Shown here one piece after another: positions 25,999-32,000 of a stretch of 32,000 bases of DNA (its first letter is position 1; every line of letters begins with the position of its first letter). Both the position numbers and the translations under genes were made by a program. The stretch is from Paramicrosporidium saccamoebae KSL3 (taxonomy: Eukaryota; Fungi; Cryptomycota): positions 5,205 through 37,204 of the forward strand of contig MTSL01000179.1 in assembly GCA_002794465.1 (NCBI GenBank). Reading direction: 5' to 3'. The notes under the pieces are model-generated. The model was not told where the DNA came from. It did no database searches and saw only the letters and a program-made list of their open reading frames with translations.

Positions 25999-28900
25999 AT
26001 GCATGGCTCGATTTTCGAGCTACTGCCAGCAGGGAGCATTGACCATGCAGTTGAGGCTCGTCTGACTAACAGTGAACTCTCTGACCTGGTCATTGTCCGT
26101 GGAAGTGTCCTCGAAGTCTACACAGTCCAGGACGGTCGTCTGTGCCTCCGGTCGCGTCACCCAATGGCATCCCGGGTGCTGGACGTGGAGCGAGTGACAG
26201 GTGCTGAATACGACCGTCTGCTACTTGCCTTTGCAAATGCCCACTTTTCTGTCGTTGAATATTGTCGAGAGTTGCTTGAATTTACCACTGTATCTCTGCA
26301 TAGCTTTACGGGCGAGACACAGGACCGACTAATGGAACGTCCTACAATGGCGCTGGGAGAGCGCAAGCTCATTTCCATTGACGGAGAGGGCCGATGTGCC
26401 CTTTTACGAATTTTAGATGGCCGTTTTGCCTTGCTACCAATGGGGCGACGGAGCATTGTACTCGGCTTCTCTGCCATTGATGAGAGACTGCGAAATGTGC
26501 TAGATGTGCGCTTCTTGCCAGGCTATTTGGAAACGACAATGGCCATTCTGTATGAGCCGACCATTACTTGGCCATATCGCTATCCCGTCCGACGAGATAC
26601 TGTTGCCCTGCTGATCGTTGTAGTGGACCTGCAAAAGGAGACGCCCGTCTTTACCAAATTGGCCTCCTACGAGGGATTGCCCTCGGAGGTGCGCAGCATG
26701 TGGACGCCTGATCCCCCGCTAAAGGGAATCTTCCTACCCGGAGCAAATTTGCTACTACATGTTGAACCGGGCCATCCTACAGTTGCAGGTATTGCGTTGA
26801 ATGCGTTTGCGACACAAACCACAAAGTTGCCTGGACTGAGGAAAGGTCCCGTGTACAAGACGACTTTTGCAGGGGCAGTTTTTGTGGAGACGGATGGGAA
26901 ACTGCTAATGACGGCCGATAATGGAGAGTTGATGCAATGTCAAGTTCAGCGTGATGGAGGAGGCCGAAGAATTGAGGTGATGCCTTTTAATGGAACACTA
27001 GTGGAGGGTGTAATCAACAAAGTGACAAAATTTGCCAAAGATTTGTTGCTAATAGTCCCTGTTCTTGGAGATGCTGTCGTGTTAAAGAGGGGCACCACGT
27101 CGTTGGAAGGAAATGCTACCATGATGGATGCCGCCGAAGATGATATTTATGGCGAATCTCTGGTGGAAAAGACTACTCTCGCCAGCCATGATAATACCGT
27201 GCTGGGCAAAATTCCCTGCATTGCTCCCATCAGTGACTTTTGTGTTGGTGGGGCAGTGGAAGACTATGAGATTGTGACGTGTTCCGCAGCCGGTCGGACA
27301 GGACAGGTGAACGTCTTTAAGAAGACGCTTCCCCTCACCCGGACAACCCTATTTCAGATTTCAAATTGCAAGACTGTGTTTCCTCTGGGTGATCTGTTTC
27401 TCGTCAGCGCCGAGACATCTTCCTTACTCCTTGGGCAGGCCAATGGAATGATGGAAAGGATTGCCGGCGCCATTGTAGATACAGAGGCTACTGTATTTGC
27501 TTGCAATACGCAATTTGGGGTATTGCAAGTCACAAATAGTCTGGTGAGATTGATGACAACGGATGCGTCAATGGTTATTGCTGATCTGACAATTAATGCA
27601 TTCAGTGCGCCCATTTCGGTTCAGTATTGTGATAGCGTGGTAATGATTCGTCACGAAGATTACTCATTGTCGCTATACCATCTCAGTGCACCCGGAACCC
27701 TTGCTGAGCTTTCCACTATGACGAACATATTATGCGCTGATCTATACCAAGATGATAATAATATTGTGTTACTGGCGATTATACCTAGAAATTCGGGCTG
27801 TCTGCGCATCATCCGTCTTCAGGACGGTGAGGTACTGTTTGAGAATAATTTATTTCCCTCCCTACCAGCCGTCCTCATCCGAGATGTCCCACTGGCGCAG
27901 GCCATGACAAATGATATTGACGCAATCTGCTTCTTGGACCATGGGAAGCTGATGTGTGTCAATTCGCGCGAGTGTGGAGTAATTTTGTATCGGAGGATGG
28001 CCAATTCCTTTGTCAAGCTCCCTCCGTCCCAATATGCGGCAATGTCACTTGCCGAAGAGGTGGTCTTGAGGAGAGTCCGAATTTCCAGTAAAGAGTGCAT
28101 TCTGGTTAGCAACAAATCCAATTCATGGATCATCTCACTGGGACTACTAAACTATCCGCGTATCCATCCAGTGCGACTGTCGACCAAGCTCGTCTCCATT
28201 TCCGCCACCGATTTTGGAATTTACGAACAAGGAGGAGCCTACTCACGAGTGGTTTTGGACGAAGCCTTTGAGATTGACTATGAATGTCCTTTTCGACGGA
28301 TATCTTTCGAGGACGAGGCAGTCAAAGCAATTGTATATCACGAGCCCTCGTCGACCTATTCGTTGATTTCAACCAAATTGACTCCATTTAGTCTGCCCAA
28401 AGACGACTACGCGCCAATTTCGGACAATGTAGACTTTGTCGTTCCGGTGGACGCCTTTGCCCCCGAAGGGAGTGCCTACAGCCTCAAGCTGTTGTCATCA
28501 CGGGCGTGGAAGGTGATTGATGAGTTTGCATTGAACGAGGATGAATATGGACTGTGTCTGGCCTCAGCCACTCTGGAGACTAAACAGACGACTAGTGGAC
28601 GTCAACCATTTGTAGTCTTGGGCACTTCCATTAACCGCGGCGAAGATCGACCCGCCCGAGGACGGATTGTGATTTTTGATGTAATTGAGATTGTACCGGA
28701 AGTGGATCGACCTGAAACGGATCGACGCTATAAACTGCTGGCAGATTGTGAAATGAAGGGACCGGCTACAGCAGTGTGTCATATGAACGGCTATCTTGTG
28801 GTCAGTATCGGCGCTAAAATTATTGTGCACTCATTTGAGGACAATGACTCGCTCACCGGAGTGGCGTTTGTCGACGTGGGAGTGTATGCAACGAATCTGG

Positions 28901-29532
28901 TGGCTCTCAAAAACTTTTTTGCTGTCGGAGACATTTGCAAGTCAATTTCGTTCCACGCGTTCCAAGAAAAGCCGCCAAAAGTGGTGACTTTGGCCCGAGA
29001 TTATGAGAATTGCATGGTGACAGCCCTGGAGTATTGCGTAGATGGAACGACAGGAAGATGCTGTATTGTGGCGGCTGATAATTTGGGCAATGTGCATTTG
29101 CTCAAATATGCCCCCACATCCATGGAGAGTGATGGCGGAATGTGTCTCGTTTTTCAGGGTACCTTCCGCACTAGTGAATCGATTGTCAAAATGCGCCGTA
29201 TTGCCACAGGCAACAGTCATGTTTGTTTATTGGCAGGTCGGAGTGGCCACATTAGAGCCATTCTGCCGCTCTCTGAGACGCTAACCCGGCGACTCCATTC
29301 ATTATTGCTCCGTCTTTCCGCCAGTATTCCCCACGGTGCAGGGATCCATCCGCGATCACTACCGGCGTCCCCGCTGGTTAATCGACCGCTGGGTCGGACC
29401 GCTCTGGTGGATGCCACTTCGGTGGGGGTTCTGAGGTGGCTGGAGCTGCCCCGGATGGCACGTGGCCATTTGCTAGCTACAATGGGCATTTCCAGTGTCA
29501 ATGCCGCCCTTGCCGAGGCCATTAACTTGTGA
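25999..29532 (+). CDS. CFT1: Cleavage and polyadenylation specificity factor 160-kDa subunit (CPSF1/Cft1)
   Basis: TVSLHSF, DGEGRCA, RNVLDVRFLPGYLETTMAILYEP, and C-terminal GEDRPARGRIVIFDVIEIVPE, GDICKSISF, ADNLGNV are typical of CPSF160; 1177 aa; intronless. Confidence 0.9.
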   Translation: MHGSIFELLPAGSIDHAVEARLTNSELSDLVIVRGSVLEVYTVQDGRLCLRSRHPMASRVLDVERVTGAEYDRLLLAFANAHFSVVEYCRELLEFTTVSLHSFTGETQDRLMERPTMALGERKLISIDGEGRCALLRILDGRFALLPMGRRSIVLGFSAIDERLRNVLDVRFLPGYLETTMAILYEPTITWPYRYPVRRDTVALLIVVVDLQKETPVFTKLASYEGLPSEVRSMWTPDPPLKGIFLPGANLLLHVEPGHPTVAGIALNAFATQTTKLPGLRKGPVYKTTFAGAVFVETDGKLLMTADNGELMQCQVQRDGGGRRIEVMPFNGTLVEGVINKVTKFAKDLLLIVPVLGDAVVLKRGTTSLEGNATMMDAAEDDIYGESLVEKTTLASHDNTVLGKIPCIAPISDFCVGGAVEDYEIVTCSAAGRTGQVNVFKKTLPLTRTTLFQISNCKTVFPLGDLFLVSAETSSLLLGQANGMMERIAGAIVDTEATVFACNTQFGVLQVTNSLVRLMTTDASMVIADLTINAFSAPISVQYCDSVVMIRHEDYSLSLYHLSAPGTLAELSTMTNILCADLYQDDNNIVLLAIIPRNSGCLRIIRLQDGEVLFENNLFPSLPAVLIRDVPLAQAMTNDIDAICFLDHGKLMCVNSRECGVILYRRMANSFVKLPPSQYAAMSLAEEVVLRRVRISSKECILVSNKSNSWIISLGLLNYPRIHPVRLSTKLVSISATDFGIYEQGGAYSRVVLDEAFEIDYECPFRRISFEDEAVKAIVYHEPSSTYSLISTKLTPFSLPKDDYAPISDNVDFVVPVDAFAPEGSAYSLKLLSSRAWKVIDEFALNEDEYGLCLASATLETKQTTSGRQPFVVLGTSINRGEDRPARGRIVIFDVIEIVPEVDRPETDRRYKLLADCEMKGPATAVCHMNGYLVVSIGAKIIVHSFEDNDSLTGVAFVDVGVYATNLVALKNFFAVGDICKSISFHAFQEKPPKVVTLARDYENCMVTALEYCVDGTTGRCCIVAADNLGNVHLLKYAPTSMESDGGMCLVFQGTFRTSESIVKMRRIATGNSHVCLLAGRSGHIRAILPLSETLTRRLHSLLLRLSASIPHGAGIHPRSLPASPLVNRPLGRTALVDATSVGVLRWLELPRMARGHLLATMGISSVNAALAEAINL

Positions 29533-29739
29533 CCCACTTATATTGAATATACACTTTTCTTGGCCAATAGATCTATAATGGAATATAGAACAGTCGAGTT
29601 CTCCCATAATCACCTTTGGTATGTGGTGGGCTGATTCGCGTTTAAGAGATGACAATACCTATACGGAACACGATCAAACGATGATAGGTAACATAATCAA
29701 CTCTTATTTAGCTGTACGTAGGTTGTTGTGACCCTACGG

Positions 29740-29786
29740 AACATTTTTTATTAGAAACCCTGGCATTTAGGTGTACTATTTCACAC
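29740..29786 (+). repeat. Family A element, degenerate copy 4
   Basis: TTTATTAGAAACCCTGGCATTTAGGTGTACTATTTTCACA aligns to the 3' 40 nt of copy 2; ends 36 bp before the Aurora ATG. Confidence 0.55.
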
Positions 29787-29822
29787 TAGTGTATCTTTCA
29801 ATTAAATGAATTCCCATTAAAC

Positions 29823-30851
29823 ATGGTGAAGGGCGGGAAGGAAAATTCCGACCCGCTTGTGGGTAAGAATGAACTTTTTGGTGGAAGGGACCAACTCGGT
29901 AGCGGGAAAGATCAACTTGGTAGTGGCAAAGACCAACTCGGTGGTGGAAAAGTCCAAGTCACTAGCGGAAAGGACCCCCTCAGGGAAAACACACACACAT
30001 TGAACAGTAAACTCGACGGACTTGCTCTTTCTGACACGGAGCAGAAGAACCGCAAATGGTCGTTGGCTGATTTTGAAATCGGAAAGCCGCTGGGAAAGGG
30101 CAAATTTGGGCACGTCTATTTGGCCCGGGAACGACGCTCAGGCTTTATTGTGGCCCTCAAGATTATCTACAAGGCCGAGCTGGAGGCGGCCAAGGTGGAG
30201 AAGCAACTCCGACGAGAAATTGAGATTCAGTCACATTTGCGTCATCCTCACATCCTACGTCTGTATGGATATTTCTACGACGAAAAACGCGTATATCTTA
30301 TTTTGGAGTATGCACCACAGGGCGAATTGTACAAGACTCTGCGAAGGACCGGCAAGTTTGAAGAGGCCACTGCCGCCCGGTACATTCGCCAAATGACTTT
30401 GGCACTGCAATATCTACACAGTCGTCATGTCATCCATCGCGACATTAAGCCAGAAAACATTCTGCTCGGTCTGAATGGCGAGGCGAAAATTGCCGATTTT
30501 GGGTGGAGCGTTCATGCGCCTGGGACTCGACGCCAGACTCTATGTGGCACGCTGGACTATTTGCCTCCGGAAATGGTGGAGGGGAAGGAACATGCCTGGT
30601 GGGTTGATTTGTGGAGTCTCGGCGTGCTGGCATATGAGTTTGTGGTGGGTGCGCCGCCCTTTGAAGAGGCTGCCGGTTATAGGGCAACCTATCGGAGGAT
30701 TGCCAAGGTGGATCTAAAAATACCCGACACTGTCTCCCCCGATGCTGCTGATCTCATTAGAAAGCTGCTGCAACACGACCCTGAGAAACGGTTGCCCTTG
30801 GAAAAGGTTTTGAGACATCCATGGATTGTAAAGCATTGTATTCCCAAATAA
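29823..30851 (+). CDS. IPL1: Aurora kinase (Ipl1/Ark1-like)
   Basis: KEN box; [57 protein letters not shown]. Confidence 0.95.
   Translation: MVKGGKENSDPLVGKNELFGGRDQLGSGKDQLGSGKDQLGGGKVQVTSGKDPLRENTHTLNSKLDGLALSDTEQKNRKWSLADFEIGKPLGKGKFGHVYLARERRSGFIVALKIIYKAELEAAKVEKQLRREIEIQSHLRHPHILRLYGYFYDEKRVYLILEYAPQGELYKTLRRTGKFEEATAARYIRQMTLALQYLHSRHVIHRDIKPENILLGLNGEAKIADFGWSVHAPGTRRQTLCGTLDYLPPEMVEGKEHAWWVDLWSLGVLAYEFVVGAPPFEEAAGYRATYRRIAKVDLKIPDTVSPDAADLIRKLLQHDPEKRLPLEKVLRHPWIVKHCIPK
29877..29981 (+). repeat. Coding 21-bp tandem repeat x5 in the Aurora N-terminus
   Basis: [35 protein letters not shown]. Confidence 0.85.
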
Positions 30852-30930
30852 ATCAATTCGTGGTGGGATACTAGCGCACATACTAATAGACGTAGTCAGG
30901 CAATCTTAGTATTATGTGGTGGCTAATGAT

Positions 30931-30976
30931 AAGACCCCTTGTTGAATTCCCTGGCCCGTAGTTATACCATCTCACA
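30931..30976 (+). repeat. Family A element, copy 5
   Basis: AAGACCCCTTGTTGAATTCCCTGGCCCGTAGTTATACCATCTCACA. Confidence 0.85.
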
Positions 30977-31007
30977 AGCATGGCATGGGGGTGCAATACC
31001 CCCCAAT

Positions 31008-31667
31008 ATGAGGCAGAGATTAAGTATAAATATCAGCCCTACAGAACGTGCTTCTCGTTTGGAATGCCTTCGTGGCCTTCTCAGAAAAAACACGCTGGAG
31101 AAGACCGATTGGGATGCCATCCGCCCAGACACTGTCGAAGACTGGATGAGTCACTTGGGGAGGATCTAGAGCATCTTGGTCCTAAGAATCTCTCAAATTT
31201 GCCAACCAAAGTATGGGTTGATGCGCTGAGGCGTGTGAGAGCATGCGGTATCAGCCCACAAAAATTACAAGTACTCTTGAAAGCAGTGGCGATGCTTGAC
31301 CTTCATAAATTTACGGCTATTTCGGACACGCTGGTAGCGGAGGACGGGGTTGGAATAAGAGGCCTAGAGGCCACTATCACCGATGATGTGTGATTACTTA
31401 CTACGATCCAATAAACATTACCCGGATCAACTGAGCCAGTCTTTTTACATTAATTCGCGCTTGCTCCACTGTCCTGGTGGGGTCAAGGCACTAGCAAAGT
31501 TCCGAGGACAACTGATAATTTGCAACGGTCTGAGTCTGAATGCACATTACATATTGAAGAGTTGGGCCGCCACGCATCAACTAACGCGGATATATAAGGT
31601 CTTTATTAGGGGAAAACCACATTACAATCACGCGTGTATTACTAAGGGTCCTCAAGCGTCACTGTAG
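31008..31667 (+). pseudogene. Probable frameshifted hypothetical gene (three overlapping protein-like frames)
   Basis: Frame 1 (..DWMSHLG) switches to frame 2 (GEDLEHLGPKNLSNLP..TITDDV) at a G4 run (31157-31160), then to frame 3 (CDYLLRSNK..) at a short GT repeat near 31388. Confidence 0.35.
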
Positions 31668-32000
31668 CCGTTTCTATTGAGATGGAGGTAAAGAAGCTCG
31701 ACTCACTGCTGGATTCGTTAAAAGTCAAAGTGTCAGTGGCAGTGGTGGTGGAGAGGAAGGTGGACAGGGACGTGATGGTCCCGGTGGCAGTGGAGATGGA
31801 GGTGAAAAAGCTGGACTCGCTGCTGGATTCATCGAAAATCAAGGTGGTGGTGATAGTTTCAGAAGAGGTAATTTCGAGGGTAACTGTGGTGGTGGAGCTG
31901 AAGCTGAGAGTGACAGAATTGGTGCTAAATCCACTGTCTGTAGTCAACAACAGTGTCTCAGTGTCAGTGGTGGTGACAGTGGAGAATTCAGTTTCGGACT
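31642..32000 (-). CDS. C-terminal part of a Ser/Thr-rich mucin-like (probable surface) protein; 5' end outside the window
   Basis: Frame is open from the window edge and dominated by S/T, with a 114-bp (38-aa) internal duplication: TLIFDESSSESSFFTSIST / TLTFNESSSESSFFTSISI. Confidence 0.75.
   Translation of the reverse strand, partial: SETEFSTVTTTDTETLLLTTDSGFSTNSVTLSFSSTTTVTLEITSSETITTTLIFDESSSESSFFTSISTATGTITSLSTFLSTTTATDTLTFNESSSESSFFTSISIETATVTLEDP

Noticed and set aside
1-29532. Apparent concentration of mRNA-metabolism genes (PAT1, SR protein, eIF2-gamma, SKI2, CFT1)
   Set aside because: Reduced genomes are enriched in such core genes; they are on mixed strands and interspersed, with no shared upstream motif seen.
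30895-30965. Faint resemblance of family A copy 5 and its upstream flank to the 3' half of 5S rRNA (TTAGTA..TGG..AGACC..GAAT.CC..G..C.GTAG)
   Set aside because: Similarity is patchy, needs gaps and is not shared by the flanks of the other copies. Not called as 5S or a 5S-derived SINE without a covariance-model search.
1-32000. tRNA, rRNA, snRNA, telomeric repeats and transposase/RT ORFs
   Set aside because: No cloverleaf or T-loop contexts, rRNA-like tracts, telomere arrays, or DDE/RT motifs were recognised by eye; an Infernal or tRNAscan run would be needed to exclude divergent RNAs.

Overview
Gene-dense eukaryotic DNA with about 24 protein-coding loci in 32 kb. There is no evidence of tRNA, rRNA, CRISPR or transposase. 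Tiny 28-37 nt GT-AG introns, very short intergenic spacers, fungal-type genes (Pkr1, Opi1, Mim2-like) and a retained mitochondrial TCA gene (Kgd2) point to a compact early-diverging fungus, probably a Rozellomycota or short-branch microsporidian relative; this taxonomy is inference only. Housekeeping genes: Pat1, Pkr1, Rpe1, an RRM/zinc-knuckle SR protein, eIF2-gamma, a POT peptide transporter, Ski2, Kgd2, otubain, CPSF160/Cft1 and Aurora kinase. Interspersed are accessory genes with signal peptides (two tandem USP-type deubiquitinases, a Ser/Thr kinase, two small low-complexity proteins) and three unannotated dispersed intergenic repeat families. Top leads: (1) a miniature Opi1 + Ino2-like bHLH + ICRE/UAS-INO lipid-regulatory circuit within about 7 kb; (2) putative host-directed secreted DUB and kinase effectors; (3) dispersed 46-bp and ~105-bp intergenic elements; (4) head-to-head gene pairs with only 35-41 bp between start codons, one with a centred perfect palindrome. 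All family calls come from motif recognition by eye and memory, with no database search.
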